Positions 1 to 9,883 of a DNA stretch of 64,000 nucleotides are shown piece by piece. The translations under genes were made by a program, and so were the position numbers. Where the stretch lies: positions 434,001 through 498,000 of the forward strand of contig CALSSD010000010.1 of NCBI GenBank assembly GCA_943788915.1. The letters run 5' to 3'. Under the pieces are notes generated by a model, which saw nothing but the letters and a program-made list of their open reading frames with translations, did no database searches and had not been told where the DNA came from. Numbering within the stretch: the first letter of the stretch is position 1; every line of letters begins with the position of its first letter. Origin of the DNA: an uncultured Acidimicrobiales bacterium (GTDB lineage: Bacteria; Actinomycetota; Acidimicrobiia; Acidimicrobiales; UBA10347).

Positions 1-1
1 C

Positions 2-1969
2 ATGTCGCTCGATGGCGAAGACATCCATTCGCTGCAGTACCAGAACGCGAACAACTCGGTCCGACTCAGCGACTCATTCATGCGAGCAGTGGTCGACGAC
101 GCGCCGTGGGACCTCATCGCACGCACCGATAGCTCGGTCGTTGAAACGCGTCCAGCTCGCGAGATCTTTGCCGACATAGCCGAAGCAGCGTGGCAATGTG
201 CCGACCCGGGTGTGCAGTTCGAGACGACCATCAACAAATGGCATACGTCTCCAACCGCTGGACCGATCAACGCCAGCAACCCGTGCAGCGAGTACCTGCA
301 TCTCGACAACAGCGCATGCAACCTAGCCAGTCTTAACCTGCTGAGTTTCCTCGGCGACGATGACCAGTTCGATGTCGAAGGGTTCCGTGCTGCCTGCCAG
401 ATCATGATCACGGCCCAAGAGATCCTCGTTGGACATTCGTCCTACCCGACCGAAAAGATCGGCGAGAACACTCGCAGGTACCGCCAGCTCGGCCTCGGCT
501 ACACCAACCTTGGTGCGCTGCTGATGGCAACCGGCAAGGCGTACGACAGCGACGACGGTCGCAGCACCGCTGGTGCAATCACCGCGTTGATGTGCGGCGA
601 GGCCTATCGCACGTCGGCTCGTATCGCCCGTCGTATGGGCCCCTACGACGGCTACGCGAACGACAGCGACGCCATGCTCAAGGTGCTCGACATGCATCGC
701 AACGAGGCGTTGGCGCTTGACCAGTCGGTGATTGAGCCAGAGATGGCCAGCGCTATTGCCGAGTCATGGAACGAAGCATGTGTACTTGCCCAGGCGAGCG
801 GCGTCCGGAACGCTCAGACCACGGTGTTGGCGCCCACAGGAACCATCAGCTTCATGATGGACTGCGACACGACCGGCATTGAGCCAGACTTCGCACTGGT
901 CAAACACAAGCAGCTTGTTGGCGGTGGTTTCCTGGCCATGGTCAATCGCACGGTGCCTCGGGCTCTGCGTCGCCTGGGGTACGCCCCTTCACGTATCGAC
1001 GCCATCGTGCAGCACCTCGAGACGCACGGAAGCATCGAAGGTGCTCCTGACCTAAACGCCGAGCACCACAGTGTCTTCGCCTGTTCGGTCGGCGAGAATG
1101 CCATCAGCGCAGCAGGCCATGTTGGCATGATGGCTGCGGCTCAACCCTTCCTGTCTGGCGGTATTTCCAAGACCGTGAACCTGCCTGAAACCGCCACGGC
1201 ACAAGATATCGAATCCTTGTTGATCGACGCCTGGCGCACGGGCGTGAAAGCAGTCGCGGTGTACCGCGACAATTGCAAGGTCGCGCAGCCGCTGTCCTCG
1301 GGGGCAGCAGCTTCAGATAATGAGGCTCCTGCAGTGTCGGTGGACGCGCCAGCACAGCAAGTTCCCGAGCGACGGCGGCTGCCGCGATCTCGTCGATCGC
1401 GCACCTTCGACTTCCGAGTTGCCGACTGCAAAGGTTTTGTCACCGTTGGCGAGTATGACGACGGCCGTCCTGGCGAAATCTTTGTTCGGGTGTCAAAGCA
1501 AGGATCCACCTTGGCCGGCATCATGGACGCGTTTGCCATGTCTCTGAGTCATGGTCTGCAATACGGCGTGCCACTGAGTGCATTCGTGCAGACATTTGTC
1601 GGCATGCGCTTCGAGCCTGCTGGCATGACCGACGATCCCGAGTTGCGCATTGCAAGCAGCCTGATCGACTATGTGTTCCGCCGGTTGGCGATCGACTATC
1701 TGACCCCTGAAGAACGCTCGGCACTGAACATCTTCACCGTCGGCGAACGGACGCAGCAGACACTTCCGGGTGTGGTCGAAGCGACGACAACCTCGTCGCC
1801 AGGGCTGGATCTGATCCCGGAACCGGCAACTATTGCGCTTACGCCCACGCTCGATCTTGGGCTGAGTTCAAGTGACGCTCCGCTGTGTATGGACTGCGGA
1901 ACGATCATGGTCCGTGCGGGTAGCTGCTACGCATGCCAGAGTTGCGGCAGCACCAGCGGCTGTAGCTAG
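2..1969 (+). CDS. nrdJ: Vitamin B12-dependent (class II) ribonucleotide reductase, 5'-truncated by window edge
   Basis: NASNPCSEY active-site motif, CNLASLN, APTGTIS, C-terminal TSCPD-like region and CxxC...CxxC/GCS tail. Confidence 0.95.
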   Translation: MSLDGEDIHSLQYQNANNSVRLSDSFMRAVVDDAPWDLIARTDSSVVETRPAREIFADIAEAAWQCADPGVQFETTINKWHTSPTAGPINASNPCSEYLHLDNSACNLASLNLLSFLGDDDQFDVEGFRAACQIMITAQEILVGHSSYPTEKIGENTRRYRQLGLGYTNLGALLMATGKAYDSDDGRSTAGAITALMCGEAYRTSARIARRMGPYDGYANDSDAMLKVLDMHRNEALALDQSVIEPEMASAIAESWNEACVLAQASGVRNAQTTVLAPTGTISFMMDCDTTGIEPDFALVKHKQLVGGGFLAMVNRTVPRALRRLGYAPSRIDAIVQHLETHGSIEGAPDLNAEHHSVFACSVGENAISAAGHVGMMAAAQPFLSGGISKTVNLPETATAQDIESLLIDAWRTGVKAVAVYRDNCKVAQPLSSGAAASDNEAPAVSVDAPAQQVPERRRLPRSRRSRTFDFRVADCKGFVTVGEYDDGRPGEIFVRVSKQGSTLAGIMDAFAMSLSHGLQYGVPLSAFVQTFVGMRFEPAGMTDDPELRIASSLIDYVFRRLAIDYLTPEERSALNIFTVGERTQQTLPGVVEATTTSSPGLDLIPEPATIALTPTLDLGLSSSDAPLCMDCGTIMVRAGSCYACQSCGSTSGCS

Positions 1970-1990
1970 CCCTCGCAAACCGGAGCCACG

Positions 1991-3175
1991 TTGGACGAGG
2001 TAGGTCCCGACAATCCCAATAACCGCACGACCCAGGGATGGTTCGTGACGCGCGGCTCGTCTCCAAACTGGGTGAACGGGGCCATCTTCCGGCTAATCAC
2101 GGCGGTCGTCGGTTTGGTCGTGGTCTGGTGGCTGGCACGACGCCTGAGTTCGCTGCTGGTCATCCTGTTTATCTCGATCTTCCTGTCCTTTGCCATCGAG
2201 CCAGCCGTCAACTCGCTTGAGCGCCGCGGCGTTCGACGGGGACTTGGCACTGGTTTGGTGTTCCTGTTGATCATCGCTGGCATCACCAGTTTTGGTATCG
2301 CTATGGGCCAGGTCATTGCCGAGCAAATCACTGAGCTGGTCAATGAGGCACCCGATCGGGTCGCGTCACTCGAGACATGGCTTCAGGACAACATCGACGA
2401 TTCGATAGACCTGAATGAACTGCAGCGCACGGTGTCTGAGTCGGGTGAGTTTCGGGGCAGCGTGACCGACTTCGCCGGAGGCCTGGTGGACTTCGGCGGG
2501 GCCGTCGTTTTTGCGTTGTTCGACATTTTTACCATCGCGCTTTTCACCTTCTATCTGGTTGCCGAGGGTCCCAAGTTCCGGCGCACTATCTGCTCGTTGT
2601 TGCCGCCGCGCCAGCAGAAGACCGTGCTCGAGATCTGGAATATCGGCACCGCGAAAACTGGCGGCTACATCGTGTCGCGGCTCATCCTGGTCATCATTGC
2701 CTTCGTCGTCCATTGGGTTGCTTTCGAGTTGCTCGGGGTGCGCTTCGCACTGGTGCTCGCTATTTGGGTTGGCCTGGTCAGCCAATTCGTGCCGGTGATC
2801 GGAACCTACGTGGCCGCAGTTTTGCCGGTGCTCATTGCACTCGCCGACCGGCCAATCAGTGCGGTGTGGGTTGTGGTGTTTATGGTCGTCTGGCAGCAGG
2901 TCGAGAATTATGTGATCGGACCCCGGGTGGCATCTCAGACCATGGAGGTTCATCCGGCTGTTGCCTTCGGGTCCGTACTCGCAGGCACTGCGATCCTGGG
3001 ACCCGTTGGTGCATTGCTTGCGCTTCCTGTGTCGGCCACGCTGCAAGGTTTTATCTCAACCTATGCATCGCGGTACATCGTCGAAGTCGACGTTGGAGCG
3101 TTCGACCCAGCGGCCATTGCAGCAGGTGCTGATTCGGTGGCAGCCGCTGACGTAGCGGATCAAGACGACGAATGA
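1991..3175 (+). CDS. AI-2E family transporter
   Basis: Multi-TM protein with FVPVIG, QQVENYVIGPRV, HPAV and GALLALPVSA motifs; start uncertain. Confidence 0.9.
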   Translation: MDEVGPDNPNNRTTQGWFVTRGSSPNWVNGAIFRLITAVVGLVVVWWLARRLSSLLVILFISIFLSFAIEPAVNSLERRGVRRGLGTGLVFLLIIAGITSFGIAMGQVIAEQITELVNEAPDRVASLETWLQDNIDDSIDLNELQRTVSESGEFRGSVTDFAGGLVDFGGAVVFALFDIFTIALFTFYLVAEGPKFRRTICSLLPPRQQKTVLEIWNIGTAKTGGYIVSRLILVIIAFVVHWVAFELLGVRFALVLAIWVGLVSQFVPVIGTYVAAVLPVLIALADRPISAVWVVVFMVVWQQVENYVIGPRVASQTMEVHPAVAFGSVLAGTAILGPVGALLALPVSATLQGFISTYASRYIVEVDVGAFDPAAIAAGADSVAAADVADQDDE

Positions 3176-4848
3176 ACAACCCAACATCGCGTGCTCGCGT
3201 CCGTCGTCATCTCGATCGCATCTACCCGGACCTGGGCGATGGAGAACTCGAATCGCTTGCCGCTTCCATCCTTGCGGCTACTGGCATTGATGAAGCTCGT
3301 ATGGCGGACGTGCAGAGTCAACTTCCGGGCAGTGACGAGGTCGTTCTGATTACATATGGCGACACGTTCATCGAGCAATCACAACCTCATCTGCGGTCGC
3401 TTCAGGCAGTTTGGAACAGTCACTTTGCATCGGTCTTCAGCACCGTGCATGTACTGCCGTTCTTCCCGTCGAGCAGCGACGGTGGGTTCGCCGTTGTCGA
3501 CTATCGCTCGATCGACTCAGCGTTGGGTGACTGGCCTGATTTGACTGCAGTTGTGGGTGACGGCGGGTTGATGGTGGATCTTGTCTGCAACCACGGTTCA
3601 GCCCAGAGCGACTGGTTCAACCAGTTTCTCGAGGACCGTGCGCCCGGTCGCGATTACTACTCGACAGCAGATCCCGACGCGGACCTGTCGATGGTCACCC
3701 GGCCACGCACACACCCGTTGTTGCGTCCCGTTGCAACCTCTTCGGGGACTCGTCACGTCTGGGCCACCTTTAGCCATGACCAGATCGACTTCGACTTCTC
3801 GAACCCTGACGTGCTCATCGAATTCTGCTCGATCTTGGGTTTCTATCTTTCGCAGGGTGCCACACGAGTCCGACTCGATGCGATCGCGTATTTGTGGAAA
3901 GAGATCGGTACCCGTTGTATCCATTTACCCGAGACGCATCAGGTGGTCAAACTGATGCGTCTGCTGGTTGACATGCGCGATCCGACAGCGTTGCTCATCA
4001 CGGAAACAAACGTGCCCCACGCCGACAACATCTCCTATTTCGGTGAAGGCGACGAGGCCCACGTCGTGTACAACTTCACACTGGCGCCATTGATCGTCTG
4101 GTCGCTGATTGCGGGCCATGCGCAGGCTCTAACCAGCTGGCTCGGCCGACTCGAATCGCCACCACCCGGGTGCACATTCCTCAACTTCATTGCCAGCCAC
4201 GACGGCCTTGGGTTGCGGCCGATCGAAGACTTGATTTCGCCAGCCGAGCTGCAGCCGATGATCGATGCAGCGGTGATCGCCGGCGGTGTGTTTTCGGAAT
4301 ACAGCGCTCCGGGCGGTCCTCGGCCGTACGAACTCAACGTGAGTTTGGCCGACTTGTTGGCTGGTTCCGATGGGGCCACGGCTGGGCGTTTCGTTGCAGC
4401 TCACGCCGTGATGTTGGCAGTGCAAGGAATCCCTGCGTTGTACGTGCATTCGATGCTCGTGTCGCCGGGTGAAGTCGACGCGGTGGCAGCCTCAGGACAT
4501 AACCGTGCTATCAACCGAGGTCAGGTAACCGTCGATCAGGCGAATAGCCGACTTGCATCAGGATGGCGGGCCGACGTCTTTCGGGAAATTACCGGGTTGA
4601 TCCGACTGCGTCGAAGCCTGCCAGCATTCGCTCCTGAGGCAGCCCAGACCATCCATGTTCTCGATAATCGGGTGGTCGCGATTGAACGTCGAACGACGAG
4701 CGACATGGTGTTTGCGGTCCACAATGTCTCCGACCAGGCCGTAACCGTCACCGTGCCCGATGGATTCGGCCTGCACGATCTGCTAACCGATAGACGGGTC
4801 GACCAGGAGCTCACACTCGGTCCGTGGCAGGCAGCCTGGCTTGTCTGA
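3172..4848 (+). CDS. GH13_18 sugar phosphorylase, likely glucosylglycerate phosphorylase
   Basis: LITYGD, HVLPFFPSSSDGGF, RLDAI nucleophile, ITETNVP acid/base, ASHDG, PYELN. Confidence 0.85.
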   Translation: MNNPTSRARVRRHLDRIYPDLGDGELESLAASILAATGIDEARMADVQSQLPGSDEVVLITYGDTFIEQSQPHLRSLQAVWNSHFASVFSTVHVLPFFPSSSDGGFAVVDYRSIDSALGDWPDLTAVVGDGGLMVDLVCNHGSAQSDWFNQFLEDRAPGRDYYSTADPDADLSMVTRPRTHPLLRPVATSSGTRHVWATFSHDQIDFDFSNPDVLIEFCSILGFYLSQGATRVRLDAIAYLWKEIGTRCIHLPETHQVVKLMRLLVDMRDPTALLITETNVPHADNISYFGEGDEAHVVYNFTLAPLIVWSLIAGHAQALTSWLGRLESPPPGCTFLNFIASHDGLGLRPIEDLISPAELQPMIDAAVIAGGVFSEYSAPGGPRPYELNVSLADLLAGSDGATAGRFVAAHAVMLAVQGIPALYVHSMLVSPGEVDAVAASGHNRAINRGQVTVDQANSRLASGWRADVFREITGLIRLRRSLPAFAPEAAQTIHVLDNRVVAIERRTTSDMVFAVHNVSDQAVTVTVPDGFGLHDLLTDRRVDQELTLGPWQAAWLV

Positions 4849-4869
4849 GGCAGAGCTGCCGTAGAGACT

Positions 4870-5691
4870 TCAGCTGACGCCAAGGAGTCGTAGTAGTGAA
4901 GCTGGCGGTTCGTCGGTGCCTTGAGCGAGTAGAGCCGCTCGTTCGATATTGATCGAGTGATATTCCTGCCCGGACCACTCGCGCCACGGGCCATCGCCAA
5001 GAGCGCTTGGGTCGCCCTGAGCATCGACACACGCCCGGAGGTAGGCCTGTTGTGCGAGGACTTCCTCGTTGCCTCCGATAGGGCCGTGGCCGGGTACGAA
5101 GATCTCGCCCCAACCGAGCAACGTGTCCAACGAGTCAGCCCAAGCAGCCGGATTCCCGAGGCCAGCCATCGGCGTGACGCCGAATGAACACACGGCACCA
5201 GCGAAGATCAGCTGGGCCTCAGGCACCTGCACAATCAGATTCTGATCAAGCTCTCCGGCTAACGGGGCAGCGACCAAAGACGGGGTGAGCCATGCGGCTT
5301 CGTCGACGGTGTGAGTCACCCGCCGACAGGGATGATCGGGAAGGGTGCGCAGCTCGTCGGCATCGCCGGGATACAGCGCACAGCAGCCATCGATGTTCGG
5401 CTCCTGGTCCATATGGGCGCTGACCTGGGCTGTTCCGTAGACCGCTGGCAGCACAAAAGCCGACGACCCGCCAACGAACGGCATGTGTGAACTGGTGAAC
5501 GCGAGACGGCGGATTGGTAGCCCCAGCGCATCGACTGCGGCGAAGAGGCCTGCCCCTTGTGCAGGCGTCAGTTGGGCATCTATCACCGTCAGACCGTCAG
5601 CATCAACAACAACTCCGCTGTTGGTGGAGCCAGGTCGATCGTGGTCGTTCATCCATGCGTACGTCGTGCCGAGATCGACTAATTGCCCCAT
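4870..5691 (-). CDS. Metallo-beta-lactamase-fold protein with degenerate metal motif
   Basis: NSGVVV..VID, PGHG; HxHxDH position reads SSHMPF. Confidence 0.75.
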   Translation of the reverse strand: MGQLVDLGTTYAWMNDHDRPGSTNSGVVVDADGLTVIDAQLTPAQGAGLFAAVDALGLPIRRLAFTSSHMPFVGGSSAFVLPAVYGTAQVSAHMDQEPNIDGCCALYPGDADELRTLPDHPCRRVTHTVDEAAWLTPSLVAAPLAGELDQNLIVQVPEAQLIFAGAVCSFGVTPMAGLGNPAAWADSLDTLLGWGEIFVPGHGPIGGNEEVLAQQAYLRACVDAQGDPSALGDGPWREWSGQEYHSINIERAALLAQGTDEPPASLLRLLGVS

Positions 5692-5851
5692 ATCCGCACG
5701 TTATCGGCTGGGGTGTGGTGGAGTTGTCACCGACATGGGACCAGCGTCACACCGGAAAAATGCAAACTTTACGTCAGTCTTCGGTCGTGAGGTCGATACT
5801 TTTCCCGGGCAGTACCGAGCGAGCGCGCTCTCAAAGCAAAGGTATCAACAG

Positions 5852-6760
5852 ATGAGAATCCGACGATCGACAGCCAGGGCGCTTGCTGTGGTGACCGCAT
5901 TCATGTTCATCGCCGCTGCATGCGGCGGTGGCAGCGTCGACGACGCTGCAACGGACGGCGACCCGAATGAGGATCAAGATACAGCAACTGTCGTAGGGGT
6001 CATCCCGACGACTGCGCCGCTCACCGCGCCAGCAGACGATGAGAGCACAGCATCGGCAGGGGGCGCCGACGCAGATATCTCGGACGTCCTTTCCGATGAC
6101 GACCCGTGGGAAGTCACGGTCTTGCATGTGAACGACGATGTGCAGATCATCCCTGTCTTTGATGGTGTCAACGGCAACAACATCAAGCTGTTCGACCAGA
6201 ACGAGATCGATGGCAGCGAGCTCGAGTATCCGCTCTATGCCGAGACCGTGTTCGGCAATCGGCTCGCTCTGCTGGTCGAGGAATACGACTCGACAGGTGC
6301 GTGGGCCAGGGTGCAGATGCCGATCCGTCCGAACGGCACGACTGCTTGGGTGCAGACGGGATTCTTCCGTGAGGAAAAGCACAACTACCACATCGTTATC
6401 GACGTCTCCGAGAACACGGTCAACGTGTACCAAGGCGAGGAACTGCTTGTAGAACAAATCGCTGTGAGCGGTCGGGAAAGTCGTCCGACTCCCGTCGTCC
6501 GGTCCTACATCGACGAAAAGATTCCCGGCGCCAGCCTGAGCCCTGCGTACGGTGACTGGGTCCTGAGCATCGCTGCGTTCAGTGAAACCCTCGGCACCTT
6601 TGGCGGCGGTGGCATGCCGAAGCTTGCACTCCACGGCACCAACCAGCCTGAGTTGATGGGTCAGTACGTGTCCTCTGGTTGCGTGAGGATCCCAAACGAA
6701 GTCATCAGCTTTATCGCAGAATCGGTCCCAGTCGGCACCATTGTTGACATCGTCGCTTAG
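5852..6760 (+). CDS. L,D-transpeptidase family lipoprotein
   Basis: Signal peptide with AAAC lipobox from ATG 5852; LHGT...SSGCVR YkuD catalytic motif. Confidence 0.9.
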   Translation: MRIRRSTARALAVVTAFMFIAAACGGGSVDDAATDGDPNEDQDTATVVGVIPTTAPLTAPADDESTASAGGADADISDVLSDDDPWEVTVLHVNDDVQIIPVFDGVNGNNIKLFDQNEIDGSELEYPLYAETVFGNRLALLVEEYDSTGAWARVQMPIRPNGTTAWVQTGFFREEKHNYHIVIDVSENTVNVYQGEELLVEQIAVSGRESRPTPVVRSYIDEKIPGASLSPAYGDWVLSIAAFSETLGTFGGGGMPKLALHGTNQPELMGQYVSSGCVRIPNEVISFIAESVPVGTIVDIVA

Positions 6761-7673
6761 CCCAACCTTGCTCGGGTCGATCCCGAGTCCATCGTTCAAC
6801 ACGATCGATATCGGCCCGCTCAGTTTTACTCTGTACGGGCTAATGATTGGTCTGGGCATCATCGCGGCCACGATCATCACCAGGCCACGAGCAGTTGAGC
6901 GAGGTCTGCATCCCGACACGCCAGTCGAGATACTTGTCTGGATCATCCCTGCAGGCATCGTGGGTGCGCGGATCTATCACGTGCTCACTGATTGGGTTCC
7001 GATCGGCGACTGGGTCAAGATCTGGGAAGGCGGGCTGGGTATCCCAGGCGGCGTCCTTGCCGGTGTTGCTGGCGCCTTGCTTTTCGTACGCCACCGCAAC
7101 CTGAGCCGCAACAAGGTTTTCGATGTGCTGATCGTGGGTGTGCCTTTGGCGCAGGCCATTGGGCGGTGGGGCAACTGGTGGAACCAGGAGCTTTACGGGC
7201 GGGCAACCGGCGTCGCATGGGCAGTTGAGATCGACGTGCCCCAGACGTTCGATGCCGACGGACGAGTGCTCACCACCGGCATCGAAACCTATCACCCGAC
7301 GTTTTTGTATGAGTCGCTGTGGAACCTGACACTTGTCGGGTTCCTTATCTGGATCGATCGTCGTCGGATACTTAAGCCAGGGCGGCTCATCTGGGTCTAC
7401 GCCGCCGGATACGCGATCGGCCGACTGTGGATCGAGGCGCTACGCATCGACCAGGCCACCGAGATTCTTGGCGTGCGGGTCAATCTGTGGACAATGGGCA
7501 TCACTCTGATGGTCTCGCTTGTTGTGCTTAGTCGAAGTTTCGGCGGTGATGGCACGCCAAGCAGCACCGTCGACGGTGACGGTGACGATGACGGCGATGA
7601 CAATGCCGAGGAACAAGCAGGATCAGATAGCTCGAAAAGGGCTGTACTCGGAACCAGCGGCGAAGACGAATAG
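6741..7673 (+). CDS. lgt: Prolipoprotein diacylglyceryl transferase
   Basis: GARIYHV, IWEGGL, AQAIGRWGNWWNQELYG, HPTFLYES. Confidence 0.95.
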   Translation: MLTSSLSPTLLGSIPSPSFNTIDIGPLSFTLYGLMIGLGIIAATIITRPRAVERGLHPDTPVEILVWIIPAGIVGARIYHVLTDWVPIGDWVKIWEGGLGIPGGVLAGVAGALLFVRHRNLSRNKVFDVLIVGVPLAQAIGRWGNWWNQELYGRATGVAWAVEIDVPQTFDADGRVLTTGIETYHPTFLYESLWNLTLVGFLIWIDRRRILKPGRLIWVYAAGYAIGRLWIEALRIDQATEILGVRVNLWTMGITLMVSLVVLSRSFGGDGTPSSTVDGDGDDDGDDNAEEQAGSDSSKRAVLGTSGEDE

Positions 7674-7688
7674 CGGTAACCTCATCCC

Positions 7689-8210
7689 GTGACATTCATC
7701 ACGGGGAATCCCTACGAACATCGGGTTACCCGAACCATTGGGTTCGTCGACCTGTCCGGCTTCACTCATTTCACACAAGAGAACGGTGATGAGGCCGCGG
7801 TCAGGGCGCTGAAGTTCTTCCGCGATGTCACCCGTGAGATCTGTGCCCGACATGGCGTGCGTATCGCCAAATGGCTTGGCGATGGAGCCATGCTGATCGG
7901 CGTTGAAGCAGAGGATCTGGCCGAAACCATGACCGAACTGCGCAAGACGTTCACCGAGAGCGACGCTCCGCTCCCGCTGCGGGCCGGTGTCGCGACCGGT
8001 CCGGTCATTCTGTTCGAAGGCGACGATTACATCGGCTCGATCGTGAACCTCGCATCTCGCCTTGCAGACCTGGCGAAACCGGGGCAACTACTTGCTCCCA
8101 AGGATTTCGTGTCGGCGATCATGGTCAACACCGAAGCGATTTCGATCGGCCCGGTGTCCCTTCCAGGATTCCCCGAAGCAATTGAGATCGTCGCTCTCGT
8201 CCAGTCCTGA
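7689..8210 (+). CDS. Stand-alone class III adenylate/guanylate cyclase domain protein
   Basis: FVDLSGFT, KWLGDGAM, DYIGSIVNLASRL. Confidence 0.9.
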   Translation: MTFITGNPYEHRVTRTIGFVDLSGFTHFTQENGDEAAVRALKFFRDVTREICARHGVRIAKWLGDGAMLIGVEAEDLAETMTELRKTFTESDAPLPLRAGVATGPVILFEGDDYIGSIVNLASRLADLAKPGQLLAPKDFVSAIMVNTEAISIGPVSLPGFPEAIEIVALVQS

Positions 8211-8259
8211 TCCGCTACCTACGTCCCCATAGGAACGTACGTTTGCGACGTTTGGAAAG

Positions 8260-8553
8260 ATGTTTTCCATGGCAGATTCGGAACTCACGGGCTTCGAGAC
8301 CAAGGTGCTCGCCATGATTGGTGCACTGCAACCAGGCGACATCGTGACCTACGGCGAGGTTGCAGCCGAAGTCGGCAAGCCGGGGGCAGCCCGTGCGGTT
8401 GGCTCGACCTTGCGTCGCCACGGCAGTGAGGTGCCATGGTGGCGCGTCGTCGCAGCGAATGGGCGGCTGGTGCCAGGCGGTGAGCAACGCCAAACGGCCA
8501 AACTCAAAGCCGAGGGCGTGCTCGTGCGTAACGGGCGCGTCGTGATGAGGTAG
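8260..8553 (+). CDS. Alkyltransferase-like (ATL/MGMT family) DNA-binding protein
   Basis: TYGEVA, ARAVG, PWWRVV (Trp in place of the catalytic Cys); start may be ATG 8269. Confidence 0.9.
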   Translation: MFSMADSELTGFETKVLAMIGALQPGDIVTYGEVAAEVGKPGAARAVGSTLRRHGSEVPWWRVVAANGRLVPGGEQRQTAKLKAEGVLVRNGRVVMR

Positions 8554-8666
8554 CGCAAGTTTGGGCTCATTCCTTGCCCAAACCCTTTGTGGGCTCATGC
8601 ATCGATGGTCCAGGCGACGGGTGGTGTCGCGCTCACCGATGCTCTCGCGCTGTAGCATCGCTCGTA

Positions 8667-9824
8667 ATGGCTGTAACTTTTGCTGACCTTGGACTTGCTG
8701 AACCAATCGTCAAAGCGCTCGCTGATCAAGGCATCATCGAACCGTTTGCGATTCAGGAGCTGTCGATTCCCGACGCCATCACCGGCCGAGATGTTTGCGG
8801 CAAGGCAAAGACTGGTTCGGGTAAGACCTTGGCGTTTGGCCTTCCGGTTTTGCACCAGCTTGGCATAGCCGAGAAGAACAAGCCGCTTGCGTTGGCGCTT
8901 GTACCAACCCGCGAACTCGCGGTTCAGGTCCATGACGAACTCCAGCCGATTGCTAAACAGCTCGACCGAAACATTTGCGCGATCTACGGCGGGGCCGACA
9001 TCGAGAAACAGATCAGCCGGCTGAACAAGGGCGTTGACTTTGTCGTCGCAACACCCGGTCGCCTCATCGATCTCATAGAACGCAAAGAAGTATCACTCGA
9101 CGCCGTCGAACATGTCATCGTCGATGAAGCCGATCGCATGGCCGACATGGGGTTTATGCCACAGGTCGAATGGCTCCTGCGACACATCCCGGGTGATCAC
9201 CAGACCTTGTTGTTCTCGGCAACGCTCGATGGTGTCGTAGACCGGTTGATTTCCCGGTACCAAAACGATCCTGCTCGGTTCGAGGTCGAGTCACCAACCA
9301 CCACTGTTGACTCCATGCAGCATCGGTTTCTGCTGGTCCACGAGATGGACCGGGCCAAGGTTGTTGCCACAATCGCCGCGGCCTCGCACCGCACCCTGGT
9401 GTTCAGTCGTACCAAACACGGCGCTGATCGTTTGGTCAAGTCGGTGAATGACTTGGGTGTTTCCGCTGGTGCGATCCACGGTGACCTGCGTCAGAAGAGC
9501 CGGGAACGGGCCCTCGAGGATTTCTCCTCCGGTGAACTCAAAGTTCTTGTTGCTACCGATGTGGCCGCACGTGGGATCCATGTCGACGACGTCGACATGG
9601 TTATCCACTATCAGCCTGCTGCTGATCACAAGGCATACCTGCATCGTTCGGGCCGCACAGCTCGCGCCGGCAACACCGGTTGTGCCGTGACCTTGTCGTT
9701 GTGGAACGAGGAACTCGAGGTCAAGCGGCTGCAGAAACGTTTGGGGCTCGATCAACCTGTCGTTGAGATGTTCTCGAACGATGAACGTTTAGAGGATCTC
9801 ACAGGCTGGGATCCAACGGAATAA
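8667..9824 (+). CDS. DEAD-box RNA helicase
   Basis: Q motif, GSGKT, PTRELA, TPGRL, DEAD, SAT, ARGIHV, HRSGRTAR. Confidence 0.95.
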   Translation: MAVTFADLGLAEPIVKALADQGIIEPFAIQELSIPDAITGRDVCGKAKTGSGKTLAFGLPVLHQLGIAEKNKPLALALVPTRELAVQVHDELQPIAKQLDRNICAIYGGADIEKQISRLNKGVDFVVATPGRLIDLIERKEVSLDAVEHVIVDEADRMADMGFMPQVEWLLRHIPGDHQTLLFSATLDGVVDRLISRYQNDPARFEVESPTTTVDSMQHRFLLVHEMDRAKVVATIAAASHRTLVFSRTKHGADRLVKSVNDLGVSAGAIHGDLRQKSRERALEDFSSGELKVLVATDVAARGIHVDDVDMVIHYQPAADHKAYLHRSGRTARAGNTGCAVTLSLWNEELEVKRLQKRLGLDQPVVEMFSNDERLEDLTGWDPTE

Positions 9825-9883
9825 GCATCACCCATGCGCCTGGCAGCGGTCGGGCACACTGCGGTTCTTTCTCTGGGCCATCT

